The notes beneath the pieces are model-generated. The model did not search any database. It was not told the DNA's origin and was given only the letters and a program-made list of their open reading frames with translations. Made by a program: the position numbers and the translations under genes. A stretch of DNA of 58,625 nt, counting the filler, from Sphacelaria rigidula (taxonomy: Eukaryota): assembly GCA_964200075.2 (NCBI GenBank). It is 10 parts of 10 records of this genome, joined end to end, with 100 filler letters (N's around TTAATTAATTAA, not from the genome) between each part and the next. Parts side by side here need not be neighbours in the genome. Positions count along the whole stretch, not along the records: positions 29,366 to 35,137 come from CAXNAA020024583.1; positions 35,238 to 41,009 come from CAXNAA020024584.1; positions 41,110 to 46,881 come from CAXNAA020024585.1; positions 46,982 to 52,753 come from CAXNAA020024586.1; 6 more parts are not named here. The stretch is one strand, 5' to 3'. Below are positions 34,888-48,551 of the stretch, piece after piece (the first letter of the stretch is position 1; every line of letters starts with the position of its first letter).

Positions 34888-36938
34888 TAGGAAAGACACA
34901 GGTTGACAACTTACTGTTTCTGTCTGGACGTGTAAAGGCTTATGACACAGTATGGAGAAATGGGTTGTGGGAAGCTGGGATAGGAGGAAAGATGTGGAGA
35001 GTGGTGAAGAAAATGACAGAATGTGCCAATAGTGCCATGATGCTAGACGGGGAAATATCGCAATATTTCGATATCTTACAAGGAGTTGCACAAGGATGTA
35101 CGTTATCATCCACTTTGTTCAAGGTATTTATCAATGANNNNNNNNNNNNNNNNNNNNNNNNNNNNNNNNNNNNNNNNNNNNTTAATTAATTAANNNNNNN
35201 NNNNNNNNNNNNNNNNNNNNNNNNNNNNNNNNNNNNNGTAATGCCGACGTAACTAGACAACTTGGGGTGATGCCAGGAAGAGCCTAATATAGGACGGCCC
35301 AACATCCCCCAAGGTCTGGGTCGCCCCTGGCGCCCACTTCTCGTCTGACCCCACTTTTTGCCTACATATACAGGAGGAAGTCATCGCCAGCCTCGGAGTT
35401 CCTTTGGCATCAGGACGGCAGTCTCCCCTCGTAGGTCTCTGACTACTCTAGCGATACGCCTTCCTTACATTTGTAAAACTTTCGAGTATCACTTTGCTGC
35501 ATGGCTTGGCGATCGCGAGGCAGCGCATGTCACAATCTGAGACACACGATTAGACCAAGCTCATCTGCATGCACTTCTGAAGCTCACTGCATGCGGTAAA
35601 AGAAAAGGTATCGCTCGACCTGTAGCTTGACATTGGTTGAATCCAATATGCGCTTCGTTGGTGCATAGGCTCTGTTTACACGCTTCACAACCGGTAGATA
35701 TTTCTGTTGGGAGTTACCCCGTTGACATATCTCTTCTTGCTGTAGTCGCCTCTACACAGCTAGACTTCCCACCGGGAGAGTTGGTTGTCCACAGGCCAAC
35801 ACTTGCGTACACTCTCCAAGGCTCGGGGGAAATCATGATTTGCCGGGAAATTACTTGATTATGATGTGATCTATTGGTAACATACGAATCAATCCTTCGG
35901 CTTTGTTTTCAGCCTTGCAACGCAGATACGCGCAGCCCAGGCACGTGGAATGGCGCAAAAATTGCGTGGAGACCTTTTTGACCAGCAGTCATCTTTTTTT
36001 CTCTTTTTCGAACAAGGGCCTGAAACAAATCGGGGATTTGATGATCCAAACCGGCGTTGGTTCGTCCGAATCATGAAACTTCCGACCAAGAGTTGTCTAC
36101 AAGCAAACAGTCGCGCGGAACACAGGCATTTTATCCGATAATCACCCGCAATGGGCAAAGTCTAGAAATGTCCGGCATGACCGTCCTGGAAATGACCGGT
36201 CTGCGGCATCTTACGTTTTCATATCGCAGGCAGTAAGAATTGAGGCAAGCTAAGCAAATGGAAGGTGGAGGGAAGAGTACTGTTGTGTGTCCTTCCTCTT
36301 GTGTGTGATTCCGGCTGGTGCTCTCTCATGCACCAGAAGCTGTAGGCGTTCAGAATAAATGGGAAAACATACGCACACATGCACGCCCTCTCTCACACAA
36401 ATATATCATGCATAGGGTACCCAGGGTGTCGATTGCCGAAGACACTCAGTATTCCAGCGTACCTAGGGTATCGACGCCCCAGAACGTCCTACTTTGGACC
36501 CTACCGTACCTCGCCTGCAGCAGCAGGCTCCGTCAACTCGATCAAGCCTCCATGCTATACACGCCGACAACCTGCGACACCAAGATAGTGTTCACCATAC
36601 CTGCGGTTATTTTGCGCCCCCCCTCTTCAACCGCCAAACAACGACGGCCTCGGTTTTCGTGAGATAGGCACTACCCTGTACTAACACATAATGTCCGCTA
36701 AATGTACAAAGGTACGTATGATAGTAGAGCACAGCGCAGTACGGTCAGGGCAGGAAGAGGAAAAAGGGGTATTGCACGTGTGTTCTGCAGTTTTGCACAG
36801 CAAGCATGTGCTTGGCTTCAGTTTACAGCGAAGGTGCAGCACTTTCATCGTCGTATGTATGGGTGTCTGTTTTCGTTGTTTCCGTTTCCCTATCTCGGGT
36901 GGGGGTCTGGCTGGTGCCCCTTCGTGATTTTGTGGCAG

Positions 36939-39900
36939 GGTGTAGACGAGTGCTTAGCCGGACTGAAAAAGGCCACCAGCAGCGACGACCTCGTCGCCAT
37001 GGCTTCGCTGCTGGCCGAGGCTGATGAGATGGGCTGCGCCGGAGAGGGCGTGGAGGAGGCTCGAGCTACTGTTCGGCGCTCAGAACTGGAGATCGAGCTG
37101 AGGGCTGGTATCAGGTGATGAGCCATTACTGTACTGTGTGAGGTACAGTACACTCGTGGTGACGGACGGGACGGTAGGCGGAGAGCTCCATCGGTTTGGC
37201 GTATATTTGTCCAGCTGCTGTCAGTCACTTCCCCCTACTGGTGCCGCTGCACTCGTCGTACCCGTGCACCCGTGTGGCCGCCTCATGAATGCCATCATGT
37301 GACACGAGCTGGGTTCGTCTCTGATCAATGCACCACCGAGGATGTAGTATGTCCGATGAACACGAGGCATGTTTCTCAGCGTCCCAACACGAGTGCGCAC
37401 TTTTGCCAGGTAACACCATCAGATGTCAATGCCCTCTCTGTACTGTCTCGCTCATGCCTATCGCTGGTGAATGATCACTCAATCGCTTCAATGCTTTACC
37501 GTCGGCTCTTCGGGGTGACCTTGCCTGCCGTCCCTCTACTCCCCGTTTGAGTGACTTTACAGAACCATGCCTTCCGTATTGTATACCTGCATGATTCCCA
37601 CGGCAAATAAACAGAGGATCGCACAAACATCAAGGCGCCATGTGGAAACAAAACACGACAATAGATAAGGCGGTAGGTGTGGCTATGGTGCCTGTTGTGT
37701 ACCCGTCAATAACTCTTGCACAGCTGCCCCGTTTCACGACTCAATCGTTTGTTTTCCCTGCCCTTGTTTCCCGACTTCTGCAACATGCCGTGTGTCGTTT
37801 GTATCCTTATATGCGCACACATCGCGTTCCGTTTGTGCCATACGTTAGCACGTCCGCAATATTCGGCGACACCGAGAGGCTCGCTTTGGCCATTGAGATG
37901 TCCAATAATATTCCCGTGGATCATGCTCTCCTGGTGGACGCCCTCCGAGAGCTTGTGAATGGCAACGTAAGAACAGCTGGGATGTGCGGGGAATGTTTTC
38001 TTTGCGGCATACAGTTCCGTGAATGTGCTGCGAAAAAATGTCGCGCGAGAACAGGTTCATTTTCACTTGTTTCGCTCTATCGGTAGCTCGAATAGGGCAA
38101 TGTCGCCATCGACTCATGCGGAATAAATGGTGGCTGGATTGGCTGCTAGTTACCTCTCAGACCGCTGTTTCATGCCCTTTCGTTCGGCTACCGACCGACA
38201 AAATTCGACGTTTCCGTTCGAAACCCTTGTAGCTGACACAAGTGAGTGCATTATCCGGTGGATGAACTGGCCGTCCGTCGGTGGACATTGTTTTTCGCCG
38301 AAATGACAGGGGTGGGTCCAACGTCATTCCGCCCCAAAATCAAGACGACGGCGTCCACTCGGGGTCGAGCGAATCGGGGTCGAGCGAAGCTCTTTTACCC
38401 CATGGTCAATACATGTATGTATTGTACATATTCTTACTCTCGATGTGGTGTCGCCGGGGGAAAGTCTGTCGTTCAGTCTCAGCCGTTTTACCGCTACAAC
38501 AGTGGATCATCGGTTGATCACAGTCATTCGTCAAGTGAGATAAAAAATGATGCCGATTCAACTCATGCCCCACCCTAGCGTTCAAAAGGTAGAGGTAGCC
38601 TTGTGATACCTTTTGATACCCTTTGACCGCCTGGGTGAACCAAATATCGAAACGGCATCCTTTTCACCTGAAACAGCGAGTACGAATTACCCAGATCACG
38701 ACATACCCTGGCCTTCGAAGAGTTGAGGTCAATTATTGGCCAAAGTGACAGTATCTCATGTTATCTATTCTACAAACTTGTTTATAAAAAGTACATCTGC
38801 ACCTGTCGCTCCAAACGTGAAATGAGTACAACAAAAGCACCGGGGACTGGTATGCCCATGGCCTCTACCGCGGGCTGGCTGTCGCGTGTCTCAGCGATGT
38901 AACTGCAGCTCTCGACGTCGGTGTAAAATACGGCTACATCAACCATTGGATCGTGGTGCAGTGCAGCGTTGTCTCGTGTGGGTAGAGCATGGCATGGCCC
39001 TTTACAGCCTTTGTCATTGCGGACTCTTCTGCCCACAACTAGGCTGTCTTTCGGAACGGCACACACGAAACACTGGAGCGGGCTGCACGGAATTGAAGAG
39101 CCAAATGATGATGCGTGTCCCCAAGAGTTGGTTGTTGAAAAATCATAATATCCTCCATTCCGTGCTGCTGATAGAAGGAACTCGCCGTTGGCTTATGGAT
39201 AGATATGTTAGAGATTTATGATCAAACTCCATGTGGTGAGCTCGCACGCCCAACAAGACTTGGCCTGGCCGCTTGAACCGGAGCAAATGTGTTCGTGTAG
39301 GTAGGTAGGGATACACATGCGTGCGACGGGGGCTTCAATGCTCCTGATCGTTCTGGTTCCTCGACAAAATGATAGCCTGCCTTCATTGTGCTGATGCAAA
39401 ATGTACACCTGGTGGCCAGAATGGGCAAGGTTTTGACAAAAAGGCGGGACCTCTATTATAGGAAACATGAAGGCCGGCATGGACAGATGTCTTTCTTGCC
39501 GCTTGTGGCCGCTTTACACGAAGCACATTTCTTCAAGTTTCTGGAACCTTGCGACTGTTCAAGTGCCGTTCTCGTGTGTCTGTTGAGAAGCACATCGATA
39601 TCGCAGGTTGGCAGCAGAAATAATGGCATCGAGTCAACCCCTCATCACTTTTGCCTCGGAAGGTTAACGGCTGACCTCTGTGTACCCTGAAGAGTTCAGG
39701 AATAAAGAGGAGCGCGTTTCCGTGGAGTATCCCTTATGATGTCACGTGTACGTGTTTGGCGTGATCTCTCCGTGTTCACGTATGGCCATCGAGTGACCAA
39801 CCATCTCCAGCTTGTCTTTCGTTGCCAATCCCCCCGTCCCCTTTTTTGACCCTGTCCGCTGTGTTTTTTGTTACATGTGACTGGAATCGCACCAAATATA

Positions 39901-40636
39901 TACCGGGCAGGCTGCGAGAGCTAGCGCCGAATCCGTCGAAGTAAAGCGTAGCGCCGCCGAGGCCTGCGAAGCAACTCTCTCTTCTGCCGAATCTCGTGCG
40001 ATCACCCGTCAAGACGCTATCGAAGCCCGCGCCAAGGCTAGTGCCGAAACTGCCGCTATGGAGACCGCGTCGGAGATCTCGGATCTCACGTCTCGGCTAG
40101 CAGCGCAGCAGCACCGGAACGACGTTGTCAAGAGCATGTTGCGGGACGCGGAGCGCCAGAGAGCGGAGGAGGTGGAACGTGCCGAGTCGACGCATCGCCA
40201 GCTCGAGACGGACGCCCAAGAACTGCTGAAGGACCATGTCACCAGGTCTGCGAATGTCGAGCAAGCTATGCAGGCTTCCCTCGAGAAGGAGCGACGGATG
40301 ACGGCAGACGCTGAGGGTGGGACGCGGGCGGCCCTGGAAAGGATCACCTCAATGCAGGCTTCCCTCGAGAAGGAGCGACGGACGACGGCAGACGCTGAGG
40401 GCAGGACGCGGGCGGCCCTGGAAAGGATCACCTCTATGCAGGCTTCCCTTGAGAAGGAGCCACGGACGACGGCAAACGCTGAAGGTAGGACGCGGGCGGC
40501 CCTGGAAAGGATCACCTCTATGCAGGCTTTCCTCGAGAAGGAGCGACGGGTGACGGCAGACGCTGAGGGCAGGATGCGGGCGGCCCTGGAAAGGATCACC
40601 CATCTAGAGGCCGAGGCGGCGCAGCGTGAGGCCAAG
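36939..40636 (+). CDS. Coiled-coil protein with internal 28-aa tandem repeats, partial
   Basis: Phase-compatible exons 36939-37114, 37849-37966 and 39911-40636 with GC-rich codon usage and AG/GT ends. Intermediate exons possible. Confidence 0.7.
40268..40600 (+). repeat. Coding minisatellite, 4 x 84 bp (MQASLEKERRTTADAEGRTRAALERITS)
   Basis: ATGCAGGCTT(C/T)CCT starts at 40268, 40352, 40436 and 40520. Confidence 0.95.
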
Positions 40637-41517
40637 GTAGGACGCCATACTGACAGGGGGTGTCACGTTCATGACCTTCCGGGGTTACTGGGAGAAGATT
40701 CCTCCTTGCGCCGACTCGCCAAACTCGACAAAGCCACAGCGGCCTCGCTTCGTATTGTTCATTGTCCCTGGTGTATCACTATATACTGGACAGACGCGCA
40801 AAGCTAAGCAACATGTTCTCCAGCAGATGAACACTTATTTCCCGGAGAGGAACACAAAGGTGTACATGTTTCAGCTTATGAAGAAATGTGTGTGTGTATA
40901 TATATATATAGTTCACCTTGCATGTTGCAATGAGAGCTGTGCATTTTCAGACAAGAATGTTCCATGGGAAGATTGAATCGTTACCGCTTGGTGCGCATGC
41001 AGCACTGCANNNNNNNNNNNNNNNNNNNNNNNNNNNNNNNNNNNNNNNNNNNNTTAATTAATTAANNNNNNNNNNNNNNNNNNNNNNNNNNNNNNNNNNN
41101 NNNNNNNNNTTGAGCTACGCCCCTGTCAAAGCCAGCCATTAGCTTGTCATCTTATCATCAAGTCTTCTCGGCTTCCAGTCTCCACTCTTCTTGTCCAAGG
41201 TGGAGTCAACTCAGGTCTACTAATACTACTGTGTGAGGGGTTTGTCACGACAATATCGATGTTTGATACCACACCGGTGGCCTATACTTACACCGTGTTG
41301 AGTGTGAGATTGTCAGACTGTGGATTCTGTATGTGTGCCGAGGCCAAAGGGTTTTACAAATTTGGCGGGGGTAGGGGGGGTGGGATAACTTGATGGGTAC
41401 GGCACTGACGTGGAGCCTTGCCCCTGACGAGTGGGTGTCGCTCAACAGCACAGTTCGAGTGTTATTTTGTTGCTGGTCAATTGTTGTAGTCGATTTGCAT
41501 TATGATACAATGTACAA

Positions 41518-41766
41518 CACTTTCTACGATAGTCCCTCCCCGAAGCCCGCCCCAAACTGTCCCGAAGTAAACGAGAATAGAGTGCCTAATTTTTAGTTTC
41601 AGGCTGCAAGACGCGCCTCATATAGGCGTCATTGGCGGAAACGGACCCAAGCGTTACAATTCCCAGCTGGTCGTTGTGCTCAGCTTTTTTCATCTCGATT
41701 TAGGTGTGAATTTTGCCTCCCCAACTCATTCACGTTTTTCGGGCGGAGGCTATCGTAGAAAGTGTC
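41518..41766. mobile_element. MITE family M1
   Basis: TIRs ACACTTTCTACGATAG / CTATCGTAGAAAGTGT. Body colinear with 8913-9165. Confidence 0.85.
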
Positions 41767-41800
41767 GAACGTATCTCTCACATTGCACGTAGGGCGCCTA

Positions 41801-43838
41801 TGTGTGCAGCAGTTGTGGTTTCCCCATATATATGTATATTGTAATGAAGATGCATACTAGCCTGTTGTCATGCCGCTTCAGGCCCGTTGTCGAAGTCTGG
41901 CTTTCGGTAATATTGGGAAGCCCAGTAGCCAAGATTGCAGGTCTGTTCAGAGTTGGTCGGGTTCGGATGTGAGCTTGTGTATTTGTAAAAAATGGCGAGA
42001 TAGATCGGCTGGGACCGATATAGCTCGCCCATCCTCCAGCACTATCAACTGCTCCTCTATTGCCCTCCAGCAAAAGAAGTCTAACTATCGGTGAGACGCA
42101 TTCGGTTGAATTGGACTGATTGAGTGGGTACTGGAGTTAGAATCAAGATAATCAAGAGAGAAGTGAAAAACCTATTCGCGTGAACCTCGTCTGATATTTG
42201 GATACTGAGCAGGTCACACGGTATCTACAAGTTGTAGCACTTGCCTGCCAAGCTTGTGCCTTGGGTTGCAAGCTGTGTCGTTGCATTATACTGCCGCTTG
42301 CTCTTTATTACATTTGGCGTTTGACTAAGGAGCTTCTTATTTGGCTATTGCGTTTCTTGTACCGATTTGTATCCCTGGCTGCCAGCTGTGTACTCCAGCT
42401 TTTTGATCATTTGCCCCTTTTCCCTTCAGGACACTTTTAGTCAAATCTATCGCCCAGGTAGTCAGTAGCTCTACAAGCTTCTGACCTGCGTGTCTCTCGG
42501 TAAAGTGTATTCGTGCCCTGCTACTTGCAATTGCTGTAGCGCTCGACGCCACATCTTGTGTGGCCAACGTGGGGTCAATGCGCACTGCATGCTATTCAAG
42601 CCGTGCTGTCAATTTGACACCACCTCCACAAGGCCCAACGGTATCAGTTCCGTCTGCACGTCTTTAAATCTTTTCGTGATTCACCAGCCCGGCGTGACCA
42701 CCGTACCAAGCCGTCGTTGGCTCGTGTATTTGGCCTTGTGGCCCCCTTCCCTTCTGCAGAATGAGTCTTCAACTACAGGTTTGTACAGAACACCAGTGCA
42801 CAAAGGCGCACTGTTGTTTATAGCCAGCCGCTGTTCCTGACCTGAGCTCCTGCCAAGTCGGCACGCTGCTGCTCTTATTTTTCAGTATCAATTGTACGCG
42901 ACTATTGTATCTTTCCTTCAAGAAATTACTGAACAAGGACAAACCGTGTTCACACAGTGTGATAACGGACGTCTGTACACGAACTTTGAATTGTTCCGGC
43001 ACTTTACCTTCGTTGCTTGTAGCGATCTTGTTGTTGTAGCTTTAGCTTCGTTGCTTGTGGCTACTTTATTCTTGTTGTCCTCTTGTGCACTTCGCACAGC
43101 CGTAAGGCAACGCGGTACATTACCATGGTAAGTAACAATACACAACATAACGTACTGTGAGTTTTTTCTCCTTTGACACCTTCTCGAACGAACAAATTTA
43201 TTGTTCCGAGACAGTTTCGTTGAAATACTACTAGTTAAAACAAACATTTCAACCTCCGTTACGTGCCTATTTGAACAGACTGCACTCGAAATTGGGGCCC
43301 CTGGCCTGTGCACTACAACTTTTTCGGCACCCGCTCTCAGCGTTGCCCCTGTAGTGCATCACATCACCTTTGTTCCACACACATAAATTGTCTCAACTTC
43401 GTTGGATAACAAGCCTTCGCTCTGCACTACGCAGTTCGATTTCGCGGTCTACAACCCAAGCTTTGTAAAAGCTTTTGTGCTGCCTTACGCTGCAGCGGTT
43501 TTGCGCGCATCTGCGAAAACAAAAATACATATATATATATATACATATATAACTCTTTTCACTTGCACACAGCCAGTCGTCCCTCAACTTGGGCTGGGAT
43601 GATAGAGTTATAGTCTGTCCGTGACGCTACACCCGGAACACGTGTAAGTTGTTCTTCCACGTACCAACGCTACTACAGACAATCGGGTCTTCGCTTGTCT
43701 TCGACGACATACGTCTGTTGTGTACACACGCCCGTGCTAGCTATCACCGCCACAACTTGAATAAAGTTCTATTAATCAGACCCCGGACATAGTTGTTACA
43801 AACCGCAATTTGCTTGAATAAGTTACTGAAGTAAATCA
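41801..43838 (+). mobile_element. LTR-like non-coding region (1.77-kb TG..CA block, then an LTR 3' part)
   Basis: 41801-43571 is bounded by TGTGTGCA/TGCACACA with degenerate TATATATGTAT inner inverted motifs. 43572-43838 has AATAAA and ends GAATAAGTTACTGAAGTAAATCA, like brown-algal LTR ends as I recall them. No second LTR in the contig. Confidence 0.45.
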
Positions 43839-44007
43839 GGTCCCACGGTCCCCTCCGGTGCTATTAGGCTTCCTTATCCAGTATTTCCGGATACAAGCTT
43901 CGGCTTTGCACTTAGCATCTCTTGGCGTCACGCTCCTTTGATTAGAGTCCGCAGATCAAACATACTGCACCTTCCTTTTTTGAGCACAAAGGCTACGTAC
44001 GATTATC

Positions 44008-46881
44008 ATGCCGCACAAAAATAACGCTGGCTCTTCCCCTCAATTGGGAAACCAACAGCTGCTGACCTGGAGTCAAACTACTGGCGGTTCGAAATCTTGA
44101 AAGATGAGCGGCACGCCACCTTCAACACATCGCCGCACGTATGCGAGCGCTGTTCGTTCTTCGGGATTTGAAGACCAACATTCGAGCGAAGTTCATTCTT
44201 CAACGCTTGAAGACCAGACTTTGACGCCGAAACCTGTTCTCTCACGTTCCGACCCGGACTCAGAGGACATGGTAGTGCAACCGGCCGAGTCATTGGTTCC
44301 TGACGCGCATGTCAGTGAGCCCATAGCGGTGGATTCCGTCGCACACCCCTCGCTGGCCCCTGCTCTCCCGAATCCCCATGTGGAATCCGGAGTTAGGATT
44401 TTGCCCTCAGTCGAGTCGTTGCCCCTGGACACACGTGTCCAGCTCGGACCTGTCACGGTTGCTTCAACCGTGGCACCCCGTCGCTTCACAGCTGACAACT
44501 CTCGAGACGATTCTGTCCCGACGAAGCGCATCGCTTCTGGAGCAAGAGACTTTGTCACACGGGATGCTTCCGTTACGGACCCCCTTCGCACGACTCTTGA
44601 TAGTCCCATGCCCCCTACTGCGCAGTCCAATGTCGGACCTGCAGTTGCGGCCATGTATACTCTGCATCGCACTTCCTCGGCATCGTCGCCATCGCCATCG
44701 CCAGCTCTCATCGAGGCATTTACGGCTTTATGCCACGCCACGCTCGAAGACCAGTCGGCATCTGCTCATGTGTAGTTCAATGATGATTCTGCACCTACCA
44801 CGCCCAAAACCCGTACGTCTGGCGATCCGTTCGGCGACATCACGTCCTCCGTTCGTCACTCATGACGAATTCAACGAACATGAGTCCAGCCCTTCCTCAA
44901 CGTCGCAGTAGAGCCATACTCGCGCTTCTGACCGGCGCCGCACACCGAGACTTGGTCATGACCATGTCTCCCGTTCTAGCAGTTCTAAACGCCACTGCCA
45001 GCAAAGCTTGAATTCATCGCGCGCTTCCGCACGCCCGAAGAACATAGCTCATGGACACAAATATGACGGTAGTTCACGCCATAGTTCCAGTTCATCTCGC
45101 GCTCCGAAGCGCCCGGTGAATGCTACCCATGGTCGTACTCACGAGGATGCCTTGCGGCCCAGATCAAGTTCTCCGCGCGTTAACTCGCGCTCGAACAACG
45201 CCGATCATGCACCTTCGCGCATCTCTACTGCTCAGCCTTTGTCACACAACCGTCATTTACGCAATGATAACACTGTACATGCTGACGATATCCAAAACAT
45301 ATTTTCGGACATGTCACCGGCTTCGGAATCCTCAATTTCAGGATCCGACCGTACCTCATCGCACAACCAACGACAACGCACGGACCGCGAACCACCGTCC
45401 CGTTCTGAAGCTGCGCTTATTCGTTCTCTGCAACAACGTTTGACAGATCTTGAACGACAACTCGCAACAGCAACCATGGGCACCAAGTGCACTACCGCTG
45501 CTGCGAAGCCTACGAGGGAGACCACCAACGCTGCTCCCACTACCACCGCAGCCGCAACTACCGTGGTCACTGCGCCTTCTGCCGCAGCCACTGCAGCCAC
45601 GACCCCAACTCCTGCTGCCGCCCAGCCTGCAGTAGACACAGATGCGGATAGTGGTCCCACCACTGGCCCTGTCGGGGACGTCTCCGTGCGCTCGCCTCCT
45701 TCGGTGGAGGATCTTCCTCCGCTCGGCGACGAGCATTGCCCCACCGGACTTTTCTTGAGATTATTCCAGGACCGCCCCCGCGCGGAACAAGAGCAGCTCA
45801 TTCGTGACTATGCGTTCCAAGCCTCGGCGCTAGCTCGCAACATACTAGACCGGCAACGCAATGCTAACGAGGCTGCCGCTCGCCTTCTTTTGGAGGAACA
45901 TGCTGCCAAGCTGAAGGATTTTCAGCGACAGGCTTCACTTGCCCAAGCCACCAAGACGGCGGCGCACAGGGTATTTATTGCAGGAAGGGCAGACTGTAGC
46001 CTTGACGGCACAAAGGAGGGTCCGCGAGCTACAAGATCATGTTCGGCGCACTGCGCAAGATGCCGGTTCGTCGATAGCACGGGTGACTCACCATCAAGCC
46101 TCCCCGCCGCCTTCCTCCGACCACTTGCTTGAAGCTCGACCTCCTCGACAGCCCACGCCCGCCAGGTCGGACTACGTGATACCACGTAAGTCCGACAGGG
46201 CGTCATCTGTCGCGGCCGCCGCCGCTCTCACGCCGCCTCGTGCACCTGGCCCGGCGGTCACTGCCAGCCCCACCACACGCTTGCAACTTGCATCACACGA
46301 ACGAGTGTGGCTTTCTCGGTCTGCGGCCGATTATACTGGCCCCTTTCACCGCAACAATCACCTGCACTGTTCCCGCCACGCTTGGAACACCATATCCCAA
46401 CGCATGCTAGACGTTATTGGTGGCTACGTGGAACAGGGCGGCTTCTTCCCGGACGCCGGCGTGTCGGCGATCACCTTGGGCCAACTGGTCCTCCAGGCGA
46501 CAATCGGCGATAGTCCGCATCTCCACCGATACGTCGACACTGTCACCAACCTTTTTGCGGCGCTACGCGCCGCTTCTACCTCTGATCCCGCCGCGACTCT
46601 CCCCGACGATAACGAAGATGAGGATGGGTGGACCACCGCGACCTCCAATTGCCGGGGTCAAAAGAAGAATCACCGTCGCGATGACGATGGCAACAATGGC
46701 GGGAATTCACGCCGCCGCCATGGTGGTGGAGAATTCTCTTCGGGCGGCTCCGGATCAAACCGCCCGCCCCGCAAGCCGAAAGGCAAGCACACTGGAGGCA
46801 ACTCTTCCGGATCATCCGCATCGGCCTGGAACCGGTCCGGTGCAGCTCTTCCCGCCTCGGGCTCGGAGACCCCCAGGCAAG
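44008..46881 (+). pseudogene. Disrupted long low-complexity ORF, gag/ORF1-like, of a probable LTR retroelement
   Basis: ORFs 44104-44775, 45008-46132 and 45939-46881 chain through in-frame TAGs (44773, 44909) and frameshifts. No introns; TYASAVRS and EDEDGWTT motifs; lies just downstream of an LTR-like end. No pol visible before the contig end. Confidence 0.55.
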
Positions 46882-47703
46882 NNNNNNNNNNNNNNNNNNN
46901 NNNNNNNNNNNNNNNNNNNNNNNNNTTAATTAATTAANNNNNNNNNNNNNNNNNNNNNNNNNNNNNNNNNNNNNNNNNNNNTGCCCTCGTGGGAGCTTGT
47001 TTTAGCTGGAACCATGGTATCCCCTGGTACTCCTACTGAGAGACTCCAGGTAATACATTCGCTTACTCCATCTATATCACACATCCCGAATGAACCGGAA
47101 AAAACTGGTTTTTGTAGGAACCCAAATATATGAGGCTTACTGTGCAAGCCAAATCTCCGGGGACAGGACATGGAGATGCACACAGGGGCTTTTTCGTGAA
47201 TCGGCATCATTCAGTCTTTTTCAAGTGAAAATGATGCCGATTCTCAAAATGATCCGTGCAACACCCCGAGAAACATTTTCGCTCAAAAAGTGCAACCCTA
47301 CCGTAGCATCACTCCTCAGCTGAACGGAAAAACTTCAGTCCACAATAAGTGGTTGAGTAGGTTATGTCCGATACCAAGACGCGCGAAGTTGGAAGTGAAA
47401 ACGGTCGTATTTTCGCACCGTTTGCGTCGTCTTGACTGGGTCATGATAAGCGTAGGTGTGATGCTGTGTGCATTCCAGCTTCACTGTTGCAGTCGCACCA
47501 CTTGGTAGCTAAAGGTCCCTGTCAAGTTCCCGACCGCCTGCCCGTTTGTGTTTTTCGAATGACCAAAAGGGTAGCAACCCTTTCGTGGTTGAGAGAACAA
47601 AATGTGCCAGAAAGCGATTAATTATAATAATATATCGGGGCCCGCCATTCACATGTCCAATAATCACAGGTCCGCCAGGATACTTCTTCCCGCTGGGTAC
47701 GGT

Positions 47704-47785
47704 GTACTCATGATCTTTCATGCCGTAGTCATATGACCATTGACCTTGCATCCTTACAAAGTCGGGACGGAGCACGCCGGGTCTT
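47704..47785 (-). mobile_element. Family B 3' end
   Basis: GTACTCATGATC..GACCATTGACCTTGCATCC..CGGGACGGAGCACGCCGGG. Flanks CTTCCCGCTGGG / CTTCCATTGGG. Confidence 0.7.
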
Positions 47786-48551
47786 CCATTGGGAGAGCTT
47801 CTTAAAATACGGGGGGGGGGGGGGGGAACTCGGATAAGTGCCGTTTTGACTCGCTTTCTGTGTCGCCGGGCGTCGGAGGGGAGGACTAGGCGTCATACGA
47901 TAGGATAGCTCAAGATGACTTTGCGTTTTCCAAGGCACCTTGGTGTTTGCCGTGATCGCAGTAAAATATTTCATGCAGATCACGTATCGACTTCTCGGAT
48001 GAATAATCAACGGTCACGAGGGAAACGTTTTTTTCGTGGGTTCCCGCGCATTTTGCATTTTTTCTTGGTCGATTGCGAAAACCCCGAGTCGCTCGAAGGT
48101 CAAACTATGTGCAACGGAAAACGAGAGAGTATGCCGGAATTATCTCGGATAGTAGACCAAATCATTCCGATCGGATGGTGGACCACATCATTCCGAGGGG
48201 GGAAAGGGACAATCCGTTCCCCTCTCGGGCTAAAAAACGTCGTTGAAGGAAAAAAAGGCACCTTCCCGAGATATGTCTCCCCCAGGCTCATAGGAAGAGG
48301 CCTTAGTCGAAGAAAGGGATCCCAAATCGGGATCAATATACAAGCTAAGGGATGGTGTGCTTCCACAGAGATTACGAGAGGCGATGTTGTGGCATTCTCT
48401 CCATGACAAGCCTAAAGCTATCCGCAAAAGACTACTATCTGCTGCAGATGGAAAATCATGCGCGCCAGCAGGCAAAGCTCGGAATGGTGGGCGAAATCTT
48501 GTTCACTGTTTCTCACAACAGACGGGCAAAACGACCCTCCCGCGTGACGAG

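Larger units (their letters stand above)
32190..35137 (+). mobile_element. Decayed LINE (APE endonuclease + reverse transcriptase; RTE/RTEX-like single ORF)
   Basis: APE remnants (RIGSW.VCG, VLDYVLV) followed by RT motifs PKRWREGVVVNLFKK.D..DPGNY.GITLLS..GK, Q..FRPNRSCVDHVYTL, KAYDTVWRNGLW and GVAQGCTLS.TLFKVFIN. Many stops and frameshifts; cut by contig end. Clade is tentative. Confidence 0.95.

Noticed and set aside
44193..45801. Long minus-strand ORFs (44193-44741, 45253-45801); likewise 40009-40635 and the ORFs antisense to the LINEs
   Set aside because: These are antisense shadows of GC-rich or purine-biased coding strands.
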